In this document: positions 20,706 to 31,800 of the stretch, piece by piece
Numbering within the stretch: position 1 is the stretch's first letter
Layout of the letters: every line of letters begins with the position of its first letter
Assembly (NCBI GenBank): GCA_965201115.1
Contig: OZ241745.1
Location: forward strand, 2,306,308 to 2,370,307
Source: Alphaproteobacteria bacterium
GTDB lineage: Bacteria > Pseudomonadota > Alphaproteobacteria > UBA7887
Length of the DNA: 64,000 nt
Reading direction: 5' to 3'
Position numbers and translations under genes: made by a program
Notes under the pieces: model-generated
The model's input: the letters and a program-made list of their open reading frames with translations, nothing else
The model's database searches: none
What the model was told of the DNA's origin: nothing

Positions 20706-21292
20706 TGTCCATCGAATTTGCACTATTCGTTGAGGGAGTCAACGAAGAGCTTCTGTTCTGTGTCCTTCTTCATCGCCTCGGTCTTTCGAAGTTCACGATA
20801 GAAAAGATCGACGGAGGCGTTTCGAAACTGGCCTCGGCGAAGCCGCGTATGGATCGGCGTCGGAATGAAGGGAAACGAATCGCAGTCGTTCTCGACGCAG
20901 ATCAGGATGCGCAGGCAACCTTGAACGAGTTCGAGGCCGAAAAGAAGCGGCTCGATCTTCCCGTGGACCGGGTATTTCTTGTCCCTGACAACCGGAGCCC
21001 GGGAAGTATCGAGACCATTCTGGAAGCGATGGCGCCCGAACGGCATCGGCGGATACACGAATGCTTCACTCAATACCGGGAGTGTCTGAAGGAAATATCG
21101 CCGGAGTACGTTCTTCCGAAACCGAAGGCCCGGATTTTCGCTTACTGCGAAGCTGTCGGCAACGGACCGAAGGAACGCAACAGGGATTTCAGAGTCGCCG
21201 CACACTGGAACCTCGACGCGCCCGCTCTCAGTCCGTTGAAGGCCTTTCTACGCGAGTGCGCCAACACTGACCCGATCGACGAAACCGCGTGA
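20702..21292 (+). CDS. Small TOPRIM-like protein (DUF4276/RloB-like, tentative), partner of upstream ATPase
   Basis: Start overlaps ATPase stop (GTGATG); conserved Glu (FALFVEGVNEE) then DxD (VVLDADQD) about 60 aa later, the TOPRIM pattern; 196 aa. Confidence 0.5.
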   Translation: MMSIEFALFVEGVNEELLFCVLLHRLGLSKFTIEKIDGGVSKLASAKPRMDRRRNEGKRIAVVLDADQDAQATLNEFEAEKKRLDLPVDRVFLVPDNRSPGSIETILEAMAPERHRRIHECFTQYRECLKEISPEYVLPKPKARIFAYCEAVGNGPKERNRDFRVAAHWNLDAPALSPLKAFLRECANTDPIDETA

Positions 21293-21309
21293 CGACCGAA
21301 CACAGGAGG

Positions 21310-22107
21310 ATGATCATGATCGTCAAGCAGCTCTACACCGGGAACGCCTACCGCAACTTCAACTACCTGATCGCCTGCCCCGAGACGGGCGAGGCGCTGG
21401 CGGTGGACCCGCTGGACCATCGGCGGTGTTTGGCGGCCGCGAAAGCGGAAGGGTGGGAGATAACCCAGATACTCAACACCCATGAGCATGGCGACCACAC
21501 GGGGGGCAACGCCGCCATGATCGCCGCTACCGGCGCGAAACTGCTCGCCCATGCGGGCGCGAAGGATCGCATCCCCGGCATCGACGTCGGGCTGGCGGCA
21601 GGCGATGTCGTGAAGGTGGGGCGCGCGGTCGCGCTCGAGGCGCTCGACACGCCGGGGCATACGATGAGCCATGTATGCCTGCTGTCGCGCACCGACGCCC
21701 CGGCGCTGTTCTGCGGCGACACGCTGTTCAACGCCGGCGCGGGCAACTGCCACAATGGCGGCCACCCGGCGGAACTGTACGACACATTCGCCGGCCAGCT
21801 GGCGCAACTGCCCGGCGACACGCTGGTGTATCCCGGCCACGACTATATCGCGCATAATCTGGCGTTCACGCTCGACCGCGAGCCGGACAACGCCGGCGCG
21901 CGCGCCCTCGCCGACGAGGTGGCGGAGCAGGACCCGCATGCGGCGAAGGTCACCACGCTGGCGCTGGAGAAAGAGGTCAACGCCTTCTTCCGCCTGCGCA
22001 GCCCGAGCGTGATCGCCCGCCTGCGCGAGGCCTTCCCCGACCTGCCCGACGAGCCCTCGCCCCGCGACGTGTTCCTCAAGCTCCGCGAATTGCGAAACAG
22101 CTGGTAG
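21310..22107 (+). CDS. gloB: Hydroxyacylglutathione hydrolase (glyoxalase II), MBL fold
   Basis: HxHxDH motif (THEHGDHTGG), GloB-like length and C-terminal domain; alternative start 21289/21316. Confidence 0.8.
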   Translation: MIMIVKQLYTGNAYRNFNYLIACPETGEALAVDPLDHRRCLAAAKAEGWEITQILNTHEHGDHTGGNAAMIAATGAKLLAHAGAKDRIPGIDVGLAAGDVVKVGRAVALEALDTPGHTMSHVCLLSRTDAPALFCGDTLFNAGAGNCHNGGHPAELYDTFAGQLAQLPGDTLVYPGHDYIAHNLAFTLDREPDNAGARALADEVAEQDPHAAKVTTLALEKEVNAFFRLRSPSVIARLREAFPDLPDEPSPRDVFLKLRELRNSW

Positions 22108-22561
22108 GGATGCATGGTATCGTGCCCGGCCCGTTCATCGGAGAATCGCCTCGGCCGGCATGGGAAAGCGGATGCAGAAGGATCGACATCGACGGCCTCC
22201 GGTATGACGCACAAAATCGACTTGCCTGTCGACATATCCGGCTCCGTTGGATACCCCCCTGTACATCTCGCGCCCCGGGGCCGCCGGCCGGCCCCGGCGA
22301 CCGCCGCAAGCAACCCACGCTGAATCGCTCCTTTGCGACAGAGAAGCAAAGCCATGCGCTCGATTCGCATATCGTCCGTATGTGGATCGCAACTTTCGCG
22401 GGGCTGCCCGGGACCGCGGGCGTCCCCGCCCACATGTTTCCGCGCGGCGCGGCACTGGCGGGGCGCTACGCTCGGCGCGCCGCTCCCGACGGATTTCGGC
22501 GCCGCGCAAACCCACGGGCGCGGCGCCCGCGCTCACGGGAAGCGCTTGCGCGCCGGAGCCG

Positions 22562-23287
22562 TCAACAGCCCAGTTTCGCAGCGAGGTCCTCGAGGTCGTC
22601 CGCCACGACGTCCCAGTCGTCGTCCGGGGCCAGGTCCGTCGTTTGGCGCGGGCCGTATTCGGCGGGGCGGGCGATAAACGCGGTCTTCATGCCGCGGGCG
22701 CGGGCGGCGCGGAGGTCGTCGTTGTGCGCCGCGACCATCGCCGCCTGTTCCGGCGCCAGGCCGAGCATGGCCACCGTTGTGTCGTACACTTCCGGGCGGG
22801 GCTTGTATTGCCGCGCCATTTCCGCGCCCAGCGGCGCGTCCCACGGCAGGCCCGCGCGGCGCGCCATGTTCACTATCAGCGCCACGTGGCCGTTCGAGAG
22901 CGCGGCGAGGATGTAGCGCTTGCGAAGCCGCGCGAGGCCGCCGCGCGCGTCGGGCCAGCCGTCGAGGCGATGCCACACGCGGTTGAGATGCGCGGTTTCC
23001 GCCTCGCTCAGCGCATCGAGGCCGAAGCGCCCGGCGATGCCATCCAGTATCTCGCGGTGCAGCGTATCGAGCGCGGCCCACGGGCGCGCCCCCGCGCGCA
23101 CCGGCTCCATGGCGGGCTGGTAGCCTGCGCGCCATGCGTCGGCGAACGCCGCCCAGTCGGCGTCGATTCCCTTTGCCGCGCCCAGCGCTTCGCCCTCGCG
23201 GATTATCGAGCCGCGCCAATCGACAACGGTCCCGAACACGTCGAAGCACAGCGCCCGGATTCCGCCGGCGCCTCCATCGGCGATCAT
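22562..23287 (-). CDS. HAD-family hydrolase (haloacid dehalogenase type II-like)
   Basis: Motif I FDVFGT(V), HAD core; ATG at 23287 (MIADGGAGG…); remainder of long ORF 22562..25483 is read-through. Confidence 0.7.
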   Translation of the reverse strand: MIADGGAGGIRALCFDVFGTVVDWRGSIIREGEALGAAKGIDADWAAFADAWRAGYQPAMEPVRAGARPWAALDTLHREILDGIAGRFGLDALSEAETAHLNRVWHRLDGWPDARGGLARLRKRYILAALSNGHVALIVNMARRAGLPWDAPLGAEMARQYKPRPEVYDTTVAMLGLAPEQAAMVAAHNDDLRAARARGMKTAFIARPAEYGPRQTTDLAPDDDWDVVADDLEDLAAKLGC

Positions 23288-25620
23288 GTTTCGCCTCCCT
23301 TTGCTTTCGCTTCCCGGACGGCGCGCCAGATCCGTTCGGGGGTCAGGGGCATTTCGAGATGGCGCACGCCGAGCGGCGCCAGCGCATCGACGACGGCGTT
23401 GACGAAAGCCGGCGGCGCGCCCGCCGCGCCGGCCTCGCCGCAGCCCTTGAACCCCGCCGGGTTCGACGGGCACGGCGTCTCGACGCGCGTAAACGAAATC
23501 GCCGGCAGCGAATCCGCGCGCGGCAGGCAATAGTCCATGAACGAGCCCGAAAGCAGCTGCCCGGATTCGTCGTACACGACAGATTCGAACGCCGCCTGTC
23601 CGAGCCCCTGCGCCGCGCCGCCGTGGATTTGCCCCGCCAGCAGCGCCGGGTTGAGCGCGCGCCCGAAATCGTGGACCGCCGTGAAGCGCGCGATTTCCGC
23701 CGCCCCGGTTTCCGGGTCGACCTCCGCCTCGCATACGTGGCAGCCGTTGGGATAGGTGTGGTTCTGCGGGTCGAAGCGCCCGGTCGCGGCGAGCGCGGCG
23801 CCGCGTTCGGCCGCCGCGGCGGCGACATCGGCCCAACCCGCGGCGCGGTCCGTGCCGACGATACGGAAGGCGCCGTCGGAAAACGCGATATCCTGCGCGG
23901 CGGCCTCGAGCAGTTCGGCGGCGAGCGGCGCCGCGGCTTCCACGATCTCGCGCGCCGCGGCGGCCAGGCATGCGCCGCCGAGCGGTATCGAGCGCGACCC
24001 GCCCGTGCCCTGGCCCTCGGCCACCCGGTCGGTATCGCCCTGGACCACCGTCACCCGCTCGGGGTCGATGCCGAGAAAATCTCCCGCGATCTGCGCGAGC
24101 GCGGTTTCGTGGCCTTGTCCGTTGGCCATCGCGCCCGAGAGCACGACGGCGGAGCCGTCGGCCTCGATGCGGAGCTCGGCGCTGTCGGAAACGCCGTGGC
24201 CGCAGCGTTCGACGAAATTGGCGAGGCCGAAGCCGCGCAGCCGTCCGCGCCGCCCGGCTTCCGCGCGCCGCGCCGCGAAACCCGGCCAGTCGGCCTCCGC
24301 CAGCCCGCGCTCCAGCATCGCCGGGTAGTCCCCGCTGTCGTAGTTCAGGCCGAGCGGCGTGCGGAACGGCAGTTCGGACGGCGCGACGGTGTTGCGGCGG
24401 CGCAGCTCGAAACGATCGACGCCCAGCTCCCGCGCCGCCGCGTCCACGAGGCGTTCGAGCAGGTGGAGATTCTCCGGCCGCCCCGCGCCGCGGTACACTT
24501 CGGTGGGAACCGCGTTCGTGAACGCGCCCCGCGCGCGGACGCGGATGGCCGGCGTGCGGTAGGCGCCGGAAAACGACGCCGAGTTCAGCGTCGGCGGGAT
24601 CGCCCCCCGCGCGCTGGGGTGCGCGCCGAGATCGGCGACGATATCCACGTCGAGGGCGAGAAAGCTGCCTTCCGAGTCGAGCGCCAAAACGGCGTCCGTC
24701 ACGCGCCCGCGGCCCTGGTAGTCGGTAAGAAACGCGTCGGCGCGCGCGCCGCTCCACTGCACCGGGCGCTCCAGCGCGCGCGCCGCCCAAAGCAGCAGCG
24801 GCAGCTCGCGGTAGATCGAGTTCTTCACGCCGAAGCCGCCGCCCACGTCCTCGATAATCACGCGGAAGCGTTCTTCCGGCAGGCCGAACGCGCGCGCGAG
24901 TTCGGCGCGCAGCGGATGCGGCATTTGCGATGCGCAGCGCAGCGTCCACCGACCGGCGGCGCCGTCCCACGAGCCGACCGCCGCGCGGGTCTCCAGCGCG
25001 CAAACCGCGACGCGCGGGTTGGCGGCGCGCAGTCTCACCTTGTGCGCGGCCCGCTCCATCGCCGCGCCGACCGCCCCGGCGTCGCCTGTCTCCCACGCGA
25101 AGCACAGATTGCCGGGCGCGGAGTCCCACAGGCGGGGCGCGCCGGGGGCCAGCGCCGCGACGGGATCGACGACCGCCGGGCGCGGCGCGATGTCGCACGT
25201 CACCAGTTCCGCCGCCGCCTGCGCCGCGGCCTCGGTTTCCGCGACGACCATCGCGACCGTGTCGCCGACGAAACGCACCCGGTCGGTCGCGAGCATGGGC
25301 TGCTCCGGAACGACCGCGGGCGGGCCGCCGTTGCGCGGCGGCAGCGACGTCACCGGCATCGGCCCGAGCGCGCCGGCGATATCGTCCGCCGCGTAGGCGC
25401 CGAGAACGCCCGGCGCGGCGCGCGCGGCCGCGCAATCGACCGCGCGCAAATCCCCGTGCGCAACCTGCGAGCGCACGAACCATGCATGCGCGGCCTCCGG
25501 CGGCGCGGCGTTCGCGACGAACCGCCCGGCGCCGGTAAGGAGGCGGAAATCCTCCTTGCGCCGCAGCGGTTGCCCGATCCCGAAGCGGTTCACGGGTTGC
25601 CCCGCGCCGCGACGGGCCAA
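23284..25620 (-). CDS. Molybdopterin-binding subunit of xanthine dehydrogenase/CO dehydrogenase (CoxL) family
   Basis: 778 aa; N-terminal …FGIGQPLRRKEDFRLLTGAGRF… signature of aldehyde oxidase/XDH a/b hammerhead; large MoCo-binding domains. Confidence 0.7.
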   Translation of the reverse strand: MARRGAGQPVNRFGIGQPLRRKEDFRLLTGAGRFVANAAPPEAAHAWFVRSQVAHGDLRAVDCAAARAAPGVLGAYAADDIAGALGPMPVTSLPPRNGGPPAVVPEQPMLATDRVRFVGDTVAMVVAETEAAAQAAAELVTCDIAPRPAVVDPVAALAPGAPRLWDSAPGNLCFAWETGDAGAVGAAMERAAHKVRLRAANPRVAVCALETRAAVGSWDGAAGRWTLRCASQMPHPLRAELARAFGLPEERFRVIIEDVGGGFGVKNSIYRELPLLLWAARALERPVQWSGARADAFLTDYQGRGRVTDAVLALDSEGSFLALDVDIVADLGAHPSARGAIPPTLNSASFSGAYRTPAIRVRARGAFTNAVPTEVYRGAGRPENLHLLERLVDAAARELGVDRFELRRRNTVAPSELPFRTPLGLNYDSGDYPAMLERGLAEADWPGFAARRAEAGRRGRLRGFGLANFVERCGHGVSDSAELRIEADGSAVVLSGAMANGQGHETALAQIAGDFLGIDPERVTVVQGDTDRVAEGQGTGGSRSIPLGGACLAAAAREIVEAAAPLAAELLEAAAQDIAFSDGAFRIVGTDRAAGWADVAAAAAERGAALAATGRFDPQNHTYPNGCHVCEAEVDPETGAAEIARFTAVHDFGRALNPALLAGQIHGGAAQGLGQAAFESVVYDESGQLLSGSFMDYCLPRADSLPAISFTRVETPCPSNPAGFKGCGEAGAAGAPPAFVNAVVDALAPLGVRHLEMPLTPERIWRAVREAKAKGGET

Positions 25621-26699
25621 ATATCGACCAGCGTATCGCCCCGCACGCAGTGATAGGCGTCGTACAGGTTCACGGTGGGGTCGCAGTGCGGGACTTGCAG
25701 GGTTACAACGTCGCCGACCGCGAGGCGGGCGTTCGCCGGGCCGTAATCCGCCGCGCCGTGTTCGTCGCCGAGATAGCGGTACGCCGCGCCCCTGGGCGCG
25801 CCGCCCGATGCGCCGCCCCCGGGCGCGCCGCCGCGGAAGACCGGCGCCGGCCCGTCGGTCGCGAAACTCTTGAGCCCGGCGTCAAGCACCGCGTGGCTGT
25901 CGTGGACGTCGTTAACCACGGTCGCCTGGACGAACAGCGCCGGCGCGAACGGGCGCGGCGCTTCCGCCGTCAGCGCGCAGGCGTCGTATTGCACGTCGGT
26001 AAAGACGTAGGAACCCGCTTGGAGCTCGTTCAGCGCGCCCTCGCGCCAGTCTATGTCGTGCGTGCCCGTGCCGCCGCCGGTGATGAGACCGGGCGGCAGG
26101 CCGGCCGCCGCCAGCGCGGCGGCGGTCTCGCGGATCCGCGCGGTTTGCGCGCCGGCGGCGGCGCGGCGCGCCCCGAAATCCTCGATGTGCTGCACATGGC
26201 CGTAATAGGCCTGCAGGCCGGCGAAGGCGAGGCCGGGCGCGGCGGCGACCGCGCGCGCCAGCGCGACCGCCTCCGCCGCGCCGCTGACTCCGGTGCGCCG
26301 GAGGCCGACATCGAGATCGACGACGACGCGCAACGGCGGCGCGGCGCCCCGCGCGGCCTCCGCGAGCGCCGCCGCATGGGCCGGCGTGTCGGTTACGACC
26401 GTCAGGTCGGGCGCCCGGGCGCGGAGCGCCATGACGCGGGCGATCTTGGCGGCGCCGGCGGGCGGCGAGGTTATCGCCAGGCCGCCGATGCCGGCCGCGG
26501 CAAGCGCCTCGGCCTCGCGAATCGTCGCGCAGCATTGCCCCGCGGCGCCGGCGGCGATTTGCAGGCGCGCGATGTCGGGCGACTTGTGGCTCTTGGCATG
26601 CGGCCGCAACGCCTGCCCGGCGCGCCGGCAATGCGCGGCCATCGCCTCGATGTTGCATTCGAGAGCGTCGAGGTCCAGCGCAAGCGCCGGCGTATTCAT
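25590..26699 (-). CDS. DSD1-family PLP-dependent enzyme (alanine-racemase-N-like; D-threo-3-hydroxyaspartate dehydratase/D-threonine aldolase-like)
   Basis: …TPALALDLDALECNIEAMA…HAKSHKS… (PLP Lys context); start uncertain (26699, 26756 or 26789). Confidence 0.6.
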   Translation of the reverse strand: MNTPALALDLDALECNIEAMAAHCRRAGQALRPHAKSHKSPDIARLQIAAGAAGQCCATIREAEALAAAGIGGLAITSPPAGAAKIARVMALRARAPDLTVVTDTPAHAAALAEAARGAAPPLRVVVDLDVGLRRTGVSGAAEAVALARAVAAAPGLAFAGLQAYYGHVQHIEDFGARRAAAGAQTARIRETAAALAAAGLPPGLITGGGTGTHDIDWREGALNELQAGSYVFTDVQYDACALTAEAPRPFAPALFVQATVVNDVHDSHAVLDAGLKSFATDGPAPVFRGGAPGGGASGGAPRGAAYRYLGDEHGAADYGPANARLAVGDVVTLQVPHCDPTVNLYDAYHCVRGDTLVDIWPVAARGNP

Positions 26700-26881
26700 C
26701 CGCCAGCGCCCGCCGGGAACCCCGACGAGATGCGCGTTCGGCGACAATTCCGCCATACCCGGGCCTCCTTTCGCGCCGCGCGGGCGCAAATCGCGCGCGC
26801 GGGCTGTTGCGCGCGGGTATTATATGCGATACGTTGCGTCCCCGCGCGGGGCGCGCACGAGCGAGGGGGGAGACCCGCCGT

Positions 26882-27226
26882 ATGGACTGGACTGACGATG
26901 CCTGCGACATACTTCGGAAGATGTGGAGCGACGGGCGCAGCGCGCGCGAAGTCGCCGGGAGGCTGGGCGTGACGCGCAACGCGGTAATCGGCAAGGCGAA
27001 TCGCATGGGCCTGTCGCATAACTCCAACGCCATGCGCGAGGCGGAGAGAGCGGCGCGCCCGTCGAGCCCCCTCGATCTCACCGAGCGCATGTGCCGTTGG
27101 CCGATCGGCCACCCCGGCGAGCCGGACTTCCACTTCTGCGGCGTCCAGCGCGAGCCCGGCCGCCCCTATTGCGGCGAACATTGCGCCTTGGCCTATCGCG
27201 GCCGCAGCAACGTCGAAGCCGCCTGA
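26882..27226 (+). CDS. gcrA: GcrA cell-cycle regulator
   Basis: MDWTDDACDILRKMWSDGRSAREVAGRLGVTRNAVIGKANRMGLS… and C-terminal Cys-containing conserved segment (CRWPIGHPGEPDFHFCG…PYCGEHC). Confidence 0.8.
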   Translation: MDWTDDACDILRKMWSDGRSAREVAGRLGVTRNAVIGKANRMGLSHNSNAMREAERAARPSSPLDLTERMCRWPIGHPGEPDFHFCGVQREPGRPYCGEHCALAYRGRSNVEAA

Positions 27227-27339
27227 CCCGCGATCTCCCGGCGCCGCCGCCGTCTCGATCCGGGTGCGCCGGCATGCGAGCGTTTTGCCGGCCCCGCCGT
27301 GGAGGCCGGCCCCGAAAGGATCCCTTGCCCGCCCCGGCG

Positions 27340-28140
27340 TTACGGCCTGGCGAGGCCCGCCGCGCGGTCGGCGAGCCGGGCGAGCAGGCGGCCTTTCGCG
27401 GCCAGCGTGAGCGCGCCGCCGCCGGGCAGCGCCGCGCTGTCGGTCAGCACGCCCGCCTCGCGCAGGAGCAGCGCGCCGATCCCCGGCGCCGCCTTCGGCT
27501 CGGCGCCGGCGAAACCGTCGAAACGCCCGGCCGCCACCCAAGCGATGTCCAGCGCCGCGCAGCCCGTCACGCGAACGGCCGCCGGGCTCGCCGCGGCCGT
27601 CAGACGCGCCTGCGAAAGTCCCTCCGGCGGCGCCAGCGCGATGACGGCGGCGTCCAGGTCGGCGGGATCGGCGCCGCGGATGCGCCGCCGGTCGACATAG
27701 GCGCCGACGCCCGCCTCGGCCCAGTAGAGCTCGTTGCGGAAGGGGTCGAACACCACGGCCGCCGCCAGCCTGACGGCGCCGTCGCCGACCCGCGCGCGCG
27801 CGCCGAGCGCCACGGCCGCATGCGGTATCCCGTGGGCCAAATTGGCCAGCCCGTCGAGCGGCGCCACCAGCCAGGCGGGGCCCCCGGGGTCGTCGTCCTC
27901 CGGCGCAAGCACGCGGTAGTCGCCCCGCGCCCGCGCGAGCTCCCTCGCGATGCCGTCCCGCACCCGCGCGGCGGCGTGGGCGGCGAACGCGCCGGCGCCT
28001 TCGCGGCTCGCGAGGAGATTCTCGATCTCGCCGAAATCGCGCTGCAACGGGCGCGACGCGCGCACCGCCGCCCGCGCCATCAGGTTCGTGAGCGCCGACC
28101 GCGCGGCCGACTGCGCAACCGCCGGGCGCATGGCGCTCAA
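27340..28140 (-). CDS. Inositol monophosphatase family protein (SuhB/CysQ-like)
   Basis: IMPase motifs (…[17 protein letters not shown]…, …[15 protein letters not shown]…), 266 aa. Confidence 0.7.
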   Translation of the reverse strand: MSAMRPAVAQSAARSALTNLMARAAVRASRPLQRDFGEIENLLASREGAGAFAAHAAARVRDGIARELARARGDYRVLAPEDDDPGGPAWLVAPLDGLANLAHGIPHAAVALGARARVGDGAVRLAAAVVFDPFRNELYWAEAGVGAYVDRRRIRGADPADLDAAVIALAPPEGLSQARLTAAASPAAVRVTGCAALDIAWVAAGRFDGFAGAEPKAAPGIGALLLREAGVLTDSAALPGGGALTLAAKGRLLARLADRAAGLARP

Positions 28141-28703
28141 TCTTTCGCGCGTTCGGCGTAGCTGCCGTCGGAGGTGTTGACCACGACGCGCGCGCCCGTC
28201 TCGATATGCGGCGGGACCATGATGCGCTCGCCGTTCTCCAGTATCGCGGGCTTGAAACTCGAAGCCGCGGTCTGCCCCTTTACCACCGGCTCGGTCTCGG
28301 CCACCGCCATCGCAACCGTATCGGCGACGCGGACGGCGATGGCCGCGTCCTCGAACGATTCGACCTCGACTTCCATGCCTTCCTGCAGGAACGCCCGCCC
28401 GGATGCGACAAGGGCCGCGTCCACATCGATCTGTTCGTAGGTCTCGCCGTCCATCAGCGTAAGCACCTCGCCGTTGGCGTAGAGATACTGGTAGCGCTTT
28501 TGCTCAAGCCACGCGCGCTCGACCGACTCGGCGGCGCGGAAGCGCTCGTTCAGCTTCGTGCCGTCGCGCAAATGCTTCAGCTCGACCTGGTTGTACGCGC
28601 CGCCCTTGCCGGGCTGCGTGGCCTGGTTGCGCACGACGCGCCACAACGCGCCCTTGTGCTCGATAACCATGCCGGGGCGGACGGCGTTGCCGTTGATCTT
28701 CAT
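28137..28703 (-). CDS. efp: Translation elongation factor P
   Basis: [24 protein letters not shown]…QPGKGGA (conserved Lys loop KGG) ; 188 aa. Confidence 0.85.
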   Translation of the reverse strand: MKINGNAVRPGMVIEHKGALWRVVRNQATQPGKGGAYNQVELKHLRDGTKLNERFRAAESVERAWLEQKRYQYLYANGEVLTLMDGETYEQIDVDAALVASGRAFLQEGMEVEVESFEDAAIAVRVADTVAMAVAETEPVVKGQTAASSFKPAILENGERIMVPPHIETGARVVVNTSDGSYAERAKD

Positions 28704-28830
28704 GAGCGGATTCCGGGTTTGCGCCGCGCTGCGGCCTCGCAACGCGCGATTTTACCCGCGCCGCCGCCCCAACGCAATTGCCGCGCGCGCCTCCCGCAAC
28801 TCCCGCCGAAGGCGGGGCCTGGGCGCCCGA

Positions 28831-31800
28831 TCAGAAGCGGACGGTCAGGGTGGCGCTGCCGGTGAAGTCGCGGTTGCCGTGGCGGGCGGCGGCGTAGTTG
28901 GCGTTGGCGCGGAGGGCCATGCGGCCGTCGGCCCATTCGTGGGCGGCGCCGAGGCCCAAGCGGGCCCATGTCGCTTCCGCTTCGGCCTTGAAGGGCGGCC
29001 TGTCCGCCGCGGTGGTTTCCATTGCGCCGGACAGTTCGCGCTCCAGGTCCAGCGTTGCGAACATGGCGCCGGCGCCGCCGGGGAGGGCGGCGGACTCGGC
29101 GCGCACGCCGGCGCGGGCGGTAATGCGCCGGCCCGCGTCAAGCGACACGCGCTCGTTCACGGAGTCCGTGAACGACGACATCTCCACCATCGACCAATCG
29201 GCGCCCGCGCGCGGGGTCAGCGTTACGCGGCCCAGCTCGAGGCGCCGCCCGATCTCCACGCCGGCAGCGTAGCCGCGGCCCGAAAGATCGCGCGCAAGCG
29301 CGCCCTCGAGCGCCGCGTCCGAATCGAGGTCGGCCTCGTACAGCGTAGCCGCGGCCTGAGCGCTCACATAGATATTCTCGGCGGGCAGCCACGCGCCCGA
29401 TATGCGGGCGCCCGTGCCGGTTATCTCGACACGGCCGCCGCCCGCCTCGGTGTCCGCGTCCGTGTCCACATCGGCGCGGCCGCGCACATGATGGACGGAG
29501 ATCGCGAACACGCCGCGTTCGCCCGCCGCGCCCTCGATCCCGGCCTCGAACCCGAAGCGGCGGTAATCGTGATGCGCCTGGGCTGTCGAGGACGCCGGAT
29601 GGCGGTCGCCGCCGGCGGCGTCGAGGCGCGCGAACGCGCCGCGCGGCGCGCCCGCCGAAGCGAAACGGTCGCCATGGGCGGGGAGCGCGTTCAGCGCCAG
29701 CAGCACCGAAGGCAGAGCTTCGTACACGCGGTGGCGCGGCGCCGGACCGACCTCGATGCGGCCGTCGGCGGTTATCCGGGGCATCGAGTCGGCGCGGCCC
29801 TCGCGCTTGAGGACGACGGCAGCGCCGCTGCTGTCGATGCGCCCGCCGCCGACGCGTTGCGCTGCCTCCTCGTCCGATTCGCCCGCGGCGGCCGTTATCG
29901 TCACCCTCTCGGCGCGGGCGACGGGCTCCTCGATGCGCCCGTTGGCGCCCACCGTCACCGCGCCGCGGGGTACGTCGACGCTTTGCACCGCGCCGTTCAC
30001 CTCGACCGCGCTGCCGGTTCCCGCCAGCGTAACCCTGCCGTCGATTTCGCCGCCGGCGCCGACCGTCACGGTCGAAGCCGCGCCGGCGTCGCGCGCCTCC
30101 ACGGCGCCCTGCACCATGCCATCGACCGTCATGCTCAGCGCGCCGGTTTCGGCCAGGACCGCAACGCGGCGGCCCTCCGCGTTCTCCGCGCCCACAAGCG
30201 CGCCGCCCGCGGCAACCTCGACCGCGCCGCCGGCGGGAACATGCAACATGCCTTCCGCATCCCCGCCCACGGCGATGAACTCGACGCCACGGACATTCCC
30301 CCTGAACTCCGCGCCGGACGCCACCGTCAGACGGTGCATGCCCCCGCCGCCGCCGATGACGTCGCCCGTCAGCGCGTTCGCGACCGCAACCGTCAGCGCC
30401 CCGGGGCCCAGGTCCTCGATATTGCCCACGACATTGCCGTTCACCGTCACCGTCAGGTCGCCGGACGCGCTGCGCACCGCCGCCCGCCCGTCGAGGTTCG
30501 ATAGCCGCCCCCCGGCGTTTACCGCGACCGTTCCGCCGCGGTCGAACAGCACGCTCCGGGCGGAGCCATCGACCGTCACCGCGCTGGCGGCCAGATGGAT
30601 GAGACCCTCGACCGAGCCGCCGGACTTCACATGAACGTCATGCTCGCCGCCGCCGCGGCCGAATATCCCGCCCTCGACCTTGCCGCTCACATCTACTTTC
30701 AGATCGCCGTCGCCCTCGCCGCGAATGTCGCCCGTCACGGTCGCCCGCGCCGCAACGTCCACCGTCAGGTCGCCCGCCGCGCCGCGGATCGCCTCGGTCG
30801 TTCCATCGCTCTCGACGCCTGTTACCGAGCCGCCGCTGGCGACCGTTACCGAACCGCCATTGTCGTAGAGCACCCGCCCAACGCGGCCCGCAATCGTCAT
30901 CGCGCTTGCCGGAAGATGCACCGTGCCCGTCACCGCGCCGCCGGCCATCACCGCAACCGTGTGCGAACCCGCGCCCATGCCGCGAATGCCGCCGGTCACC
31001 GTGCCCGTCACCGTCGCCGTCAAATCCCCCGCGCCGCGCTCCTCGATGTCGCCCGTCACGCGGCCCGCAACCGTCGCGGTCAAGTCGCCCGCGCCGCGCT
31101 CCTCGATGTCGCCCGTCATGCGGCCCGCGACCGACGCGACCAGGTCGCCGGCATCCAGATCCACGATATCGCCCGTCACCATGCCGCCGGACGCGACCGT
31201 GACTTCGTGCTTGCCGGCGCCCTTGCCGTGGATGGCGCCCGTCACCGCGCCGCTCACATTCACGGTCATGGCCCCCGCGCCGCGCCCCTCGATGCGGCCC
31301 GTCACCATGCCGCCGGACGCAACCGTGACATCGAGAGCGCCCGCGTCGGCGCGAATCGCCTCGCCGCCGATGCCGGCGATGCGGCCCGTCGCCGCAACCA
31401 TCAGCGCGCCGCCGTTGTCGAACAGAACGCGCCCCGCAGCGCCGCGGATCGTCGTCCCGCTCTTCGGGTTATGCACCGTGCCCAACACCCGCGCCTTCTC
31501 CGCGATCTCGACGGTATGCACGCCGCCGCCGCGACCGAAGATCTCCCCGTTAATCGTTCCGGTCTCCGACACCGTAACCGTCAGGTCGCCATCGCCGCGC
31601 GCCTCGATATTGCCCGCGACCATGCCGTGAACAGTCACCGCCAAATTGCCCGCGTCGCCGCGGATCGCCTCCTTCGTTCCGTCGATATCGAGGCCCGTAA
31701 TCTCGCCGCTGGCGTTGACCGTTACCGCGCCTCCGTTGTCGTAGTGGACGCGCCCGACATCGCCCGAGACCGTCAGCGCCGCGCCCGCGGGCAGGCGGAC

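Noticed and set aside
21142-21939. Minus-strand ORF 21142..21939 (265 aa) overlapping gloB
   Set aside because: It is antisense to a motif-supported MBL-fold hydrolase gene and has low-complexity, Arg/Ala-rich composition.
23288-25483. N-terminal about 730 codons of minus ORF 22562..25483 (973 aa) as a real protein
   Set aside because: The HAD hydrolase starts at ATG 23287. Upstream codons overlap the CoxL/XDH-family gene in another frame and are low-complexity Arg/Gly-rich.
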